Shown here: positions 19,814 to 28,825 of the stretch, in pieces | Numbering within the stretch: position 1 is the stretch's first letter | How the letters are laid out: each line of letters opens with the position of its first letter | Assembly (NCBI GenBank): GCA_014728035.1 | Contig: WJMJ01000078.1 | Coordinates: 64,001-128,000, forward strand | DNA from: Promethearchaeota archaeon | GTDB taxonomy: Archaea > Asgardarchaeota > Thorarchaeia > Thorarchaeales > Thorarchaeaceae | Length of the DNA: 64,000 nt | Direction: 5' to 3' | The notes under the pieces: generated by a model | What the model saw: the letters and a program-made list of their open reading frames with translations, nothing else | The model's database searches: none | Told to the model about the DNA's origin: nothing | Made by a program: the position numbers and the translations under genes

Positions 19814-20350
19814 ATGACTGAAGGCTTTGATTATATGCGGAAGGTTGTGATGATAGGAGCAGGTGGTAGTGGAAAGACCGCACTGGTGAACAGATTTCTG
19901 ACCCAGAAGTTCTCCGAGCAGTATATCGTTACGATTGGATCTCAGTTCGCAGTAAAAACTGTTGAAGTTCCTCAAAATGAACAGTCGGTAAAAGTGAAAT
20001 TATTGGTCTGGGACCTTGCGGGCCAGGAACGTTTTGACTTTATCCGTACAAGCTATTATCGTGGGTCAAAGGGAGCCCTGTTGGTATTCGATGTGACGAG
20101 AAAGAGTACATATATGGAACTACCTAAATGGATTGAAGAAACTGAGAAGGCACTAAATGAACGGATTCCAATCGTACTTCTTGCTAATAAAGTAGACCTC
20201 GTTGAGGATCGTGTCATCACTACTGAGATGGGCGAAAAGTTCGTTGAAGAGAATAATCTTGAAGGGTATCTCGAAACCAGTGCACTTACAGGTCAAAATG
20301 TTGAAGAAGCTTTCAAAATTCTCGCTCGGAAAAGTATCCAGAAGAAGTAA
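19814..20350 (+). CDS. Rab-like small GTPase
   Basis: GAGGSGKT, YIVTIG, WDLAGQERF, YYRG, NKVD, ETSAL. Confidence 0.92.
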   Translation: MTEGFDYMRKVVMIGAGGSGKTALVNRFLTQKFSEQYIVTIGSQFAVKTVEVPQNEQSVKVKLLVWDLAGQERFDFIRTSYYRGSKGALLVFDVTRKSTYMELPKWIEETEKALNERIPIVLLANKVDLVEDRVITTEMGEKFVEENNLEGYLETSALTGQNVEEAFKILARKSIQKK

Positions 20351-20425
20351 ATTGGCGGAAATAGCTAGACATAATTATACTATCCTATGCTTTTTCATCT
20401 AGAAACGGCACTGGATGAACATATC

Positions 20426-21559
20426 ATGCCCGATTCAAAGTTGAATATTGATTTTCTAGAAAAACTGTGTAATGCTTTCGGCCCTAGTGGTTTCGAACGT
20501 GAAGCACAGAAAGTTGCGTTCGATTATGGTAAAGAGTTTGCAGAGGACATTGAATATGACCGGATGGGTTCCGTTGTATTCAAGCATGGGTCAAAAGGTC
20601 CAAAAATCATGCTTGCTGGTCATATTGATGAAATCGGATTTGTTATCACTGAGATAACAAAGAAAGGTTTCCTCAAGTTTCATCAGCTGGGTGGTTGGTG
20701 GGATCAGACTCTTCTAACTCAAGAGGTTCTCATTCATCCCTCTCAAGGAGATGACGAGATAATTGGAATCATTGGTGCACCTCCACCACATATCCTCAGC
20801 CCGGAGGCTCGCAGCAAGGTGGTTACCAAAGATAAGATGTACATCGATATTGGAGCTTCTTCTGAGAAAGAGGTCAAAGATCTTGGTATTAGAGTTGGTG
20901 ACCCTGCAGTTCCTTATGCATTCTTCAGAACCATGGAGCGAATTCGAGAAGAGAAAAAGGAAGACTCTGACGAGAAGGAAACTCGTAAAGTGACCCTCGC
21001 AGCAGCAAAGGCATTCGATGATCGAATAGGCGTTTTCATTGGCCTTGAAGTACTTCGACGGTTATCAGAAGATAAGATTGAACACCCGAATACACTCTAT
21101 ATGGTCTCAACAACTCAGGAAGAGGTTGGATTGCGAGGAGCCAGAACGTCTGCACAGATGATTCAACCAGACATTGGTTTCTCTCTAGATGTTGACATTT
21201 CTGGTGACGTACCTGGCGCGGAAGGTATTGTTCAAAAAATGGGCAAAGGAGTGTCCATCTCAGCAGGAGACGGTTCTATGATTCCAAATCCAAAATTCCG
21301 TCAATTTGTTACAGAAGTAGCTGAGGAGATTGGTGTTCGTCATCAACCTGCATTTCTTAAATCTGGAGGTACAGATGCTGGAATCATACACATAACAGGA
21401 ATGGGGGCTCCCTCATTGTTCTTGGGCATTCCAACTCGTCACATTCATTCACATCATGCCTTACTTGATCTGTCTGATGTAGAGAATGCAATCACACTGC
21501 TTGTCGAAGTAATCAAACGACTCGATAAGAAGACAGTTGATAGCTTCACCAAGTTGTAA
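20426..21559 (+). CDS. M42 (TET) aminopeptidase
   Basis: GHIDEIG, KAFDDR, QEEVGLRGA, GGTDAG, HIHS. Confidence 0.93.
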   Translation: MPDSKLNIDFLEKLCNAFGPSGFEREAQKVAFDYGKEFAEDIEYDRMGSVVFKHGSKGPKIMLAGHIDEIGFVITEITKKGFLKFHQLGGWWDQTLLTQEVLIHPSQGDDEIIGIIGAPPPHILSPEARSKVVTKDKMYIDIGASSEKEVKDLGIRVGDPAVPYAFFRTMERIREEKKEDSDEKETRKVTLAAAKAFDDRIGVFIGLEVLRRLSEDKIEHPNTLYMVSTTQEEVGLRGARTSAQMIQPDIGFSLDVDISGDVPGAEGIVQKMGKGVSISAGDGSMIPNPKFRQFVTEVAEEIGVRHQPAFLKSGGTDAGIIHITGMGAPSLFLGIPTRHIHSHHALLDLSDVENAITLLVEVIKRLDKKTVDSFTKL

Positions 21560-21574
21560 AAAAAGAAATAGAAA

Positions 21575-21618
21575 GTCAGTGTAAAGACACTGACAAAAAA
21601 GCTGGTCACTTCAGTGAC
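21575..21618. terminator. Twin hairpins between convergent genes
   Basis: GTCAGTGT-AAAG-ACACTGAC flanked by A-tracts, and GTCACT-TC-AGTGAC. Confidence 0.55.
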
Positions 21619-22706
21619 TAGCGTTCTCTTTTTCCTTCAATAAATTCATCTACACGTTTTCTTGCTTCAAAATCATCAATTTGATATCTAGGATGTTTGA
21701 AACTGTAAGAGCTGATACTAGATAGTTCTCCACCAATTCCACGGTCTAACGCAATCTTAACAGCACGAATGACATCAATAATAACACCAGCACTGTTTGG
21801 TGAGTCTTGTACCGAGAGTTTAAGATCAAGGTCTAAAGGTAGGTCTCCAAAAGCTCTCGAACGCATGCTAATGTAGCATACTTTGTTGTCTTCGAGGAAT
21901 GGTACGTAATCGCTTGGACCAATCTTAGTGGGTAATTCGTACTCTACGCAGCTTGTGACCGCTTCGGTCTTACTGACTCTCTTTGAGGCTAGTCTGTCTT
22001 CAACCTGCATATTTTCAAAATCTGTGTTTCCACCGATATTCAACTGGTACGTGTTCTTCAGAATAAGACCTCGTTTATCAAAAAGTTGTGCTAATACACG
22101 ATGCAGAATAGTTGCACCTAGTTGACTCTTAATGTCATCACCAGCACAAGGTATGCCTTTTTCGACAAAACCCTTTGCGATTGGATCGTCGGGATTTGAA
22201 ACAATGAACTCTGGAATTGCATTTATGAAACCAATACCTGCATCTAATGCTGCTTGTGCATACATTCTCGACCCATCCGCACTACCAACTGGTAGATAAC
22301 TGACCAACACATCTGCGTCGACTTTTTTGAGTTCTTCAGCAACATCAACTGGTTCAATTTCACTTTCATCATATGCGAAAAATGACTCACGCATATGTGG
22401 TGCCACTCCATCCGATATGGGTCCTGGAAGAACTTTCACCCCAGTTTTTGGAACATCTGGAGCAAATCTCTCGCAACAGTTTGGTTCCTCCCAGATTGCA
22501 TCCGCAATGTCTAATCCAATCTTTCGTGAGTTTGCCTCAAAAGCAGCGACAAATTTCAAATCTTTAGGGAAATATCCGCCAAAATCGACGTGCATGAGGC
22601 CTGGAATCTCCTCATTTGCTTTGGCATCTCGATAGTAGTGTACACCTTGAATTAGCGCAGAGGCGCAGTTTCCAAGTCCTGCTATTGCAACGCGAACTTC
22701 ACTCAT
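21618..22706 (-). CDS. ino1: myo-inositol-1-phosphate synthase
   Basis: GLGNCASAL, GDDIKSQLGAT, YQLNIGGNTDF, DSPNSAG. Confidence 0.95.
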   Translation of the reverse strand: MSEVRVAIAGLGNCASALIQGVHYYRDAKANEEIPGLMHVDFGGYFPKDLKFVAAFEANSRKIGLDIADAIWEEPNCCERFAPDVPKTGVKVLPGPISDGVAPHMRESFFAYDESEIEPVDVAEELKKVDADVLVSYLPVGSADGSRMYAQAALDAGIGFINAIPEFIVSNPDDPIAKGFVEKGIPCAGDDIKSQLGATILHRVLAQLFDKRGLILKNTYQLNIGGNTDFENMQVEDRLASKRVSKTEAVTSCVEYELPTKIGPSDYVPFLEDNKVCYISMRSRAFGDLPLDLDLKLSVQDSPNSAGVIIDVIRAVKIALDRGIGGELSSISSYSFKHPRYQIDDFEARKRVDEFIEGKRER

Positions 22707-22781
22707 AATTATGTCACCTTACTAAGGTATTCTTTGGCCATAGAATAGTCAGTCCTTTTAAGATTATCGAGGTGGATGTTT

Positions 22782-23594
22782 CTATTCATCAAGATCGTTT
22801 TCAGATTCAGCAGCATATTTCATATACAACACTTTTTTTGCCCCAGCCACTGTCTTTGGTCCTATACCTGAAATCTGCGTCCAATCATCAAGACGAGTAA
22901 TAGCTTCGTAAGGAGAACCAAATTTTTCAAGTATGGACTTTGCTCGGACTACGTTTACGCTAGGAAGTCCAGCAATGAAAAATTCCTGTTCATCAGCCAT
23001 GGAGTCCAATCCTTTTCTGGTTCTAATTGTAGGTAACCTTTTTCCTTTAGTTTCACGTTTCTCTTCGTCACCTATAAGAACCCCATAAAGCAAGCCAGCA
23101 GAATGTAATGCATTGAACCCCTTGATGATTTCAATCCCTTTTTCTTCAATACTTTCAATGAGAGCATCGAGAGCCGATGGATGGATATAGCTTGCACGTT
23201 CCATAGTAACATAGAATGGTTTCCCTTTGGTCTTGTTCGATTTGAATGGGATATACACACAGCCCTTCATAGGATCTCTACGAATAGCCAGAATATTTTC
23301 AATCAACAGGTACGGATTTTCATATTGAAGTAAAGCATCCATCTGTTTTGTTAGTCGCGGCACCCCTGATTTACTTCCTTTTAGTGTACTGACAAGATCA
23401 TTGACCGTTTTTCTCTCAATGGCAATTCCTTCCATTCCCAACACATCTCCAATTGGGATTTTTTCGATGGTGAAAGGAATATCTTCCTTCTTGAGCATCT
23501 CCATGAGCAACTTAACAGAGTTCATTCTTTTGCCGCTTGTTTCATGTACATCTATTACAATCTGCGGAACATTACCAAAAAGGTCCATCTGCAT
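22782..23594 (-). CDS. xpf: XPF/ERCC4 nuclease, short form with HhH2
   Basis: IDVHE, GD, IERKT..DL, C-terminal HhH (GLP.V, ISGIG). Confidence 0.85.
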   Translation of the reverse strand: MQMDLFGNVPQIVIDVHETSGKRMNSVKLLMEMLKKEDIPFTIEKIPIGDVLGMEGIAIERKTVNDLVSTLKGSKSGVPRLTKQMDALLQYENPYLLIENILAIRRDPMKGCVYIPFKSNKTKGKPFYVTMERASYIHPSALDALIESIEEKGIEIIKGFNALHSAGLLYGVLIGDEEKRETKGKRLPTIRTRKGLDSMADEQEFFIAGLPSVNVVRAKSILEKFGSPYEAITRLDDWTQISGIGPKTVAGAKKVLYMKYAAESENDLDE

Positions 23595-23596
23595 TG

Positions 23597-24232
23597 CTAA
23601 TCCTCATTAAAGAGTGTCATTACTGCTGCCATAGAGATTTCTCGTGCTAGATTAGCCTCATCACTAGAACCAATTACTATGACATCTCCATTTTCCGGTC
23701 TAAGACTCTCTCGAATTAGCAGTGCTTCAGCTTCATACTCAAGTACAACTTTGAAATCATCAGGAGGCATCACCAACAGCCCATCATTGAAAAGCAGAGT
23801 TGTTGCTCCTGCTTTGCCATATCCGCCTTGGATTATCGCTTCATCCCGTTGTCGGATTCCATCAGTAACTTGACCTGCCTTTCCTTTCACTATGTTCGCA
23901 TATGCCTTTTCAAGTACTACAAGATTAGGAATTTCCAAGAATAGTCCAAAAGGGACATCACTCACAATAGCATCGAATAGTTTCTGACCGGACTCGGTTA
24001 GTTTCTGACCCTGTTTGCCCTCAGCAGTGATATAGTCACTTTCTGAGAGTCTTTTGAGAAGTGTTCTTGCACTGCCTTCACCTATTGACAGATTGCTGCA
24101 TAGTTCATATCTTCCAAGTGGTTGCTGACGGCCAATCATTATCAAAGCAACTGCTACATGGTACGGACGGAAAGATGGTGCCACACGTCCATCAGCAGGT
24201 TCTGCAATATTGTTGATCTCGTGAATCCACAA
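23597..24232 (-). CDS. wHTH plus DUF4443-like protein
   Basis: LGRYELCSNLSIGEGSARTLL; GIRQRDEAI...GATT. Confidence 0.75.
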   Translation of the reverse strand: MWIHEINNIAEPADGRVAPSFRPYHVAVALIMIGRQQPLGRYELCSNLSIGEGSARTLLKRLSESDYITAEGKQGQKLTESGQKLFDAIVSDVPFGLFLEIPNLVVLEKAYANIVKGKAGQVTDGIRQRDEAIIQGGYGKAGATTLLFNDGLLVMPPDDFKVVLEYEAEALLIRESLRPENGDVIVIGSSDEANLAREISMAAVMTLFNED

Positions 24233-24250
24233 TGTGTTTACACTCCAATT

Positions 24251-24859
24251 TTATTTTCTCTCCTCTGCTTTTGATTCTTCGCAATCACAGTCTGGTAGGT
24301 CTTTCGAATCAAACCAAATATAATCACTCATTTGCTCTCTTATTGTTTCGTCAACTATGGGAACTCCCAAGGCAAAAATTACTGTATTTGACATAACATG
24401 AACCATCATGAAGAATAGACCTGTCAGAAGTGTGACGTGATATGGAATAGAAAAGGCATATGCATAGCCTGCATTTGTAATGAGGTCGAAAAGCATTGTT
24501 AACAAAGCACCACTTACTCCTAATTCGATCACTCTTACTCTTCGCGACGTTCTCGCGGTTATATTTCGACCAAGTATTGATCCAGACATTGAAATAAACA
24601 TCCAAGCTACAACTTGAGAAAACCAAATCGGGGGAATAAATGCACCCCACGGATTGATACTGCCATATATTATAGACATGATAATAGTACTCCAAGCTGC
24701 CATTTGGAATCCAAATAGATATGCAGTTATGAAGAGGATTACAGTTCCAAATTCTACATTGGGAATACCCACTAATGTATAATTTCCAACAATTGCCAAT
24801 GCGGTCATTATTGAAGCAATGGAGACCCACCTACTACGAGACAAATTCTCTTTCTTCAT
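24251..24859 (-). CDS. ECF transporter S component (CbrT-like, possibly cobalamin)
   Basis: IPNVE motif, about 6 TMs, HVMSN; linked to a DUF4430-like gene. Confidence 0.75.
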   Translation of the reverse strand: MKKENLSRSRWVSIASIMTALAIVGNYTLVGIPNVEFGTVILFITAYLFGFQMAAWSTIIMSIIYGSINPWGAFIPPIWFSQVVAWMFISMSGSILGRNITARTSRRVRVIELGVSGALLTMLFDLITNAGYAYAFSIPYHVTLLTGLFFMMVHVMSNTVIFALGVPIVDETIREQMSDYIWFDSKDLPDCDCEESKAEERK

Positions 24860-24882
24860 ATGCAGGTCTCCATTCAAAACAC

Positions 24883-25617
24883 CTATTTCTTCTTGAATAG
24901 TGCTATAAAAGCTACGAGTGTTATAATTGCAATAGAAGTAATTCCTAGAACTACCAACATATTTGTAGTAGTAATGGAATGTAATTCAAATTCTAGGACA
25001 AATGGCGTACCAAACGAGTAGCTTGTTTTTGCATATACAAGAACTCCAGTTGTCAAGTCATATGACAATTCTGTTTCTTGTGGTTCTCCAAACGTGGGTT
25101 CATCTTGAACATAAGTAAAGGTGATACAATTGTATTCTTTTCCGGATACTTCTACAATTTCATAACTTGATGTCATTGTGCCATTCATGAAATTCCCTGG
25201 AATTCGTTCAGCAGAAGCATATGCACTCGAGTTGAGATTTGCGATGCTAGTCTCATCAGTTTCAATAATCAGACCAGGTAAGAAGGATTCTAATCCCCAC
25301 ACCCCCAAAACAAAATCTTTTGCGATAGCAGTATCATTTGCATCAAGAGATACATTTCCAATTGTTAGTCTACCTTGAACATCTTCATGTATTTGTTGAA
25401 TTGAAAATGTAATCAAACTGTTTGGTTCTGCAATCCATGCTGTTGTTCCAACCCAGAAGAGACCAAATGCCGTATCTGGGCTATCAATTAACCTCCATGC
25501 AATCTCAGGGCTGTTAATCAAATCCGGAGAGGGTATTCCATAGTGTTCATTTTGATATGCAGTTCCCGCGAGAATAACACTCGTGACAACAAGTAGTGTT
25601 AATAGTCTTGCATTCAT
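24883..25617 (-). CDS. Secreted membrane-anchored hypothetical protein
   Basis: Signal peptide, YDLTTGVLV, C-terminal TM plus KKK. Confidence 0.7.
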   Translation of the reverse strand: MNARLLTLLVVTSVILAGTAYQNEHYGIPSPDLINSPEIAWRLIDSPDTAFGLFWVGTTAWIAEPNSLITFSIQQIHEDVQGRLTIGNVSLDANDTAIAKDFVLGVWGLESFLPGLIIETDETSIANLNSSAYASAERIPGNFMNGTMTSSYEIVEVSGKEYNCITFTYVQDEPTFGEPQETELSYDLTTGVLVYAKTSYSFGTPFVLEFELHSITTTNMLVVLGITSIAIITLVAFIALFKKK

Positions 25618-26099
25618 TCTTTATACCTTCTTGAAATAATCAGTAAAAATCCCACCCCGATTGCGCCTATAACTACAATGCCAACAAGTAGAGATGGATC
25701 CGTGGAATCTGTTGTTGGAGCATTATAGGATACAAGCTTCCATTCAACTGTATCATAGTCATCAAGAATATACTTGTTAGCTGCTATGGATCCATATTCA
25801 CCATTAATCCAATATTGCCACCACTTTCCTTCTTGACTACTTTGTGAAACTCCATCAATTGCAGTTACAAATACAAGATTACCTTCCCATTCATACTCAA
25901 CTGGCAGAACAGATTCTGTTAGATTTAACACGGTATCTGAAGACAAGTCATTGAAAGTTCTAAGAGTCCCATTACCAAAATCGACCTGCAGTGTTATTCC
26001 CAATGCAGCTTGATTGTACTCGGATGCAGATATACTAGTAGAAACTGATGTCGGACATAGAAGTAAAACAACAACCAGTAGATGCAATATCTTTTTCAT
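25614..26099 (-). CDS. DUF4430 (transcobalamin C-terminal-like) surface protein
   Basis: VDFGNG, FVTAIDGV, WWQYWING, D.VEW; signal peptide and C-terminal TM. Confidence 0.82.
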   Translation of the reverse strand: MKKILHLLVVVLLLCPTSVSTSISASEYNQAALGITLQVDFGNGTLRTFNDLSSDTVLNLTESVLPVEYEWEGNLVFVTAIDGVSQSSQEGKWWQYWINGEYGSIAANKYILDDYDTVEWKLVSYNAPTTDSTDPSLLVGIVVIGAIGVGFLLIISRRYKE

Positions 26100-26324
26100 T
26101 GACGTATCTCCATAGGATAGGATAACCTGTCCTACAACAACCCCCTCTTAAATCTGACTAAAGACCTATTCTCAATTTACAAAATCCAGCTATGAACTGA
26201 AGAAGTACAGAAACCGCCCGCAACTCCATAGGAAGATAAGATTATTTCATTATTTAAAGTAGAAAATGAGTACTAGGTAGTAGATCCAGTTATTCTTCTT
26301 GAAACTGATTTGAACTGTAATCAA

Positions 26325-26493
26325 GACAGTGACATCTGATATCGTGAATCAGCTGGGCAGAGAACTCTGCAAGGGGACCTAGCCCGTAAATAGGGCTATT
26401 AGAACGAACGAACGCGGTTTGACGCAAGTCGCTAATCGCAGTTTGTTACATGGGAGGGGTGCCCAGACAATTAAACACGTCAGATGTCATGTC
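26325..26493 (+). ncRNA. Candidate structured ncRNA (element A), family unknown
   Basis: Nested stems TGACATCTGA/TCAGATGTCA, CTGGGCA/TGCCCAG, TAGCCC/GGGCTA, AACGAAC/GTTTGTT, GCGGTT/AATCGC, and GAC-GCAA-GTC. G-U pairs and a GNRA loop favour the + strand. Confidence 0.55.
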
Positions 26494-26661
26494 ATTAGCA
26501 AATTTCTTCAGTCCCCTGAAGTCCTCTCTCACATATATTATCCGTCACAGTTGCTTAAATATTGTTTGATGCGCGTTATTTCTGACTTCACACCTAAATA
26601 CACAATATCGCATACTAGAGATTCATCTAAGACTAACCGAAGGACTAATACGTAGATACCT

Positions 26662-27336
26662 ATGCATCAAAAAATCATTGGCGGGCGAACACTTGTGGCT
26701 CAAAGAGAAAAGAAATACCCAGGACACCTTTTTGTTTTAGAAGGAATAGATGGTGCTGGTAAGACTGAAGTCTGTCATCATGTAGCTGGGCATTTATTGG
26801 AAAAAGGACTAGACGTGATAATATTACGAGAGCCCACAGATGAAAGTAAATGGGGAAAAAGAATACGTCAAAAATCTCAGAGAGGTGAATTAACCCCCTC
26901 TGAAGAACTAGAACTATTCATCAGGGATAGAGACTGGAATATTCAAAATCGATTACTTCCCGCAATGGAGAAGGGACAAATTGTTCTCATGGATCGCTAC
27001 TTTTTTGCCACAGGAGCGTACCAAAGTACTAGCACAGGAATACATTGGTCTGAAATTCTAAAGCGAAATCGTGAAGAAATAAATGCACTCGAACCGGACA
27101 TAATCTTCATTCTTGATATACCAGCCGAACAAGGTCTCTGCCGAGTAATGGGAAGGGGTTGTGAAACAAACCAGCAATTTGAAAAACTGGATCGGCTTGT
27201 TCAAGTTCGCCAAAGGTATCTTGAAATGGCAGAAAGAGATACAGGCAACTATTTTCTTATTGATGCCACACTGCCATTGGAGAAAGTAGTGGATTCAGTT
27301 CAAAATGTCATTCTTTCATTTATAAATATTCAATAA
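26662..27336 (+). CDS. tmk: Thymidylate kinase (start possibly GTG 26695)
   Basis: EGIDGAGKT, REP, MDRY, AYQ, PD..FILD. Confidence 0.94.
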   Translation: MHQKIIGGRTLVAQREKKYPGHLFVLEGIDGAGKTEVCHHVAGHLLEKGLDVIILREPTDESKWGKRIRQKSQRGELTPSEELELFIRDRDWNIQNRLLPAMEKGQIVLMDRYFFATGAYQSTSTGIHWSEILKRNREEINALEPDIIFILDIPAEQGLCRVMGRGCETNQQFEKLDRLVQVRQRYLEMAERDTGNYFLIDATLPLEKVVDSVQNVILSFINIQ

Positions 27337-27464
27337 TTTTAGGGATATTAAAAAATCCGCGGAAAGTATAGTGACAAGCTTTTTTAGTAACTCGGCAAAC
27401 ATCGCTATAGAATAGGTTGTACTTTCGTACAAGTTCAACTGAAGGGACCTGGAGAAAAACAAGA

Positions 27465-28604
27465 ATGCCTGTTGCATTAGTGCTTATCGATTGGGATTCA
27501 AAAGTCGGAGCTGTATTGAAGGCAAAGGTTCCCGCTGATTTTGCAGACTATTACAGGGAAGACCTCAACACGGAAATTATGAGAATTTTCACTTCACACG
27601 CTATGGGTGATGCAACTGCAGGATTTTCATCATTGAGTGTTAGAATCGGTGGAGAAGAATACGCTGTTGCCTCGTACTATACCGGAATTGTTAGAGAAGA
27701 AGAGCAATATTGTATCTCATTGATGTTAAACACTTCAGAAGATCCAAAATCCTATGAGGCTGCTATTACATCAATAGTGTCTCATCTCACAAATTCAGTT
27801 GCAACAATGACTGATAGTGAAGTACAAGAAGAACTTGAGAACACTTACAGACGAATCATTCGTCTTGCTGGAATGACTGACGAATCCCGTCTGGCAAGGC
27901 TGTTCGCTGATGAATTAGCAAGAGCTGTATTTCCAAAATTATGGAAGGGCGGCATCTCAAAGGAGGACTTGGAAGAATGGCTAAAGATGGTCACTGGACT
28001 TCCAAGTGTTAGTGTAGATTCTATACTTGCACCCTTTGAAGAACTTGGTCTCGTAAAAACCGAATGGGTTGATGAGATTGGTCGTACTTGTGTATTCATG
28101 ATTAAAGACCTTGAAGTATTCAGGGCACCTCCATTACTTGCCATGGAAGCAGCAGGTAAAGTTCTAGACCCAGAATTATCTGCAGAGTATAAGATGGAAG
28201 TACTGGAATTTCTACGGGAATGGAAGAAGACGCCTGAAGATACCGTATCCATAGCTGAGATTCTAGCAGATCCAGATTGTTATGACACTTTGAGTGAACT
28301 GAGAAGACGACCTCAGAACATGGTAGAATTAGAAGCAACTTTGGGAATTCCACCAAAAGAGCTAAAAGAGGCAGTTCAGACTTTGAAAAAATACAGAGTT
28401 GTTTCTGAACGTAGAAGAGAAGATGCATCAGGTGAAACAGACAAATGGATTTTCCTTCTAAACGACATTCGAGTTCGTTTGTTCTTCCCAGAATATTTCT
28501 TAGCTTCTCTACCACAAGATCTGGAAGAAAACCCGGAAGATACCAAACTTAGAGAACTAATTCATCACCATCTACGACTTCTTCGAGATAATTTCCCAAG
28601 ATAA
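27465..28604 (+). CDS. Longin/uDENN-like N-terminal domain plus tandem winged helices (NPRL2/DENN-like)
   Basis: MPVALVLIDWDSKVGAVLKAKVP opening; two wHTH-like segments in the C-terminal half. Confidence 0.6.
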   Translation: MPVALVLIDWDSKVGAVLKAKVPADFADYYREDLNTEIMRIFTSHAMGDATAGFSSLSVRIGGEEYAVASYYTGIVREEEQYCISLMLNTSEDPKSYEAAITSIVSHLTNSVATMTDSEVQEELENTYRRIIRLAGMTDESRLARLFADELARAVFPKLWKGGISKEDLEEWLKMVTGLPSVSVDSILAPFEELGLVKTEWVDEIGRTCVFMIKDLEVFRAPPLLAMEAAGKVLDPELSAEYKMEVLEFLREWKKTPEDTVSIAEILADPDCYDTLSELRRRPQNMVELEATLGIPPKELKEAVQTLKKYRVVSERRREDASGETDKWIFLLNDIRVRLFFPEYFLASLPQDLEENPEDTKLRELIHHHLRLLRDNFPR

Positions 28605-28825
28605 ACAAAGAGGCCGTTCTAATTATGGATGGCCTGTTCGTATTTTCTCGCAACAGCGGAATATACAGAGTTAATTTGCGGATTTCTCATATTGGTTAAC
28701 ATATTATTGTGATATTCGCATTACTATACTGTCTTTTTTCGGTATTCGCAGAGTTATGAGAGCCCCTTTCACTTCAAAGACACTAGAAAGCTTCTTATGC
28801 GGAAAAGTACACACTGTAATTGCCT

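Noticed and set aside
26195-26520. SRP RNA or RNase P RNA identity for element A
   Set aside because: No CAGG/GGAA/AGCA helix-8 motif, and no GAGGAAAGUCC with a matching P4 partner. Partial similarities (UGCAAG, UUAG..GAA, ACAGAA) are not in a convincing order. Needs cmscan to exclude fully.
26100-26660. Cobalamin riboswitch upstream of the ECF/DUF4430 operon
   Set aside because: Only fragments (GCCCGCAACT on +, GCAACTGTGA on -). No ordered AGGGAA...B12 box on the minus strand, and the G-U pairs favour the + strand.
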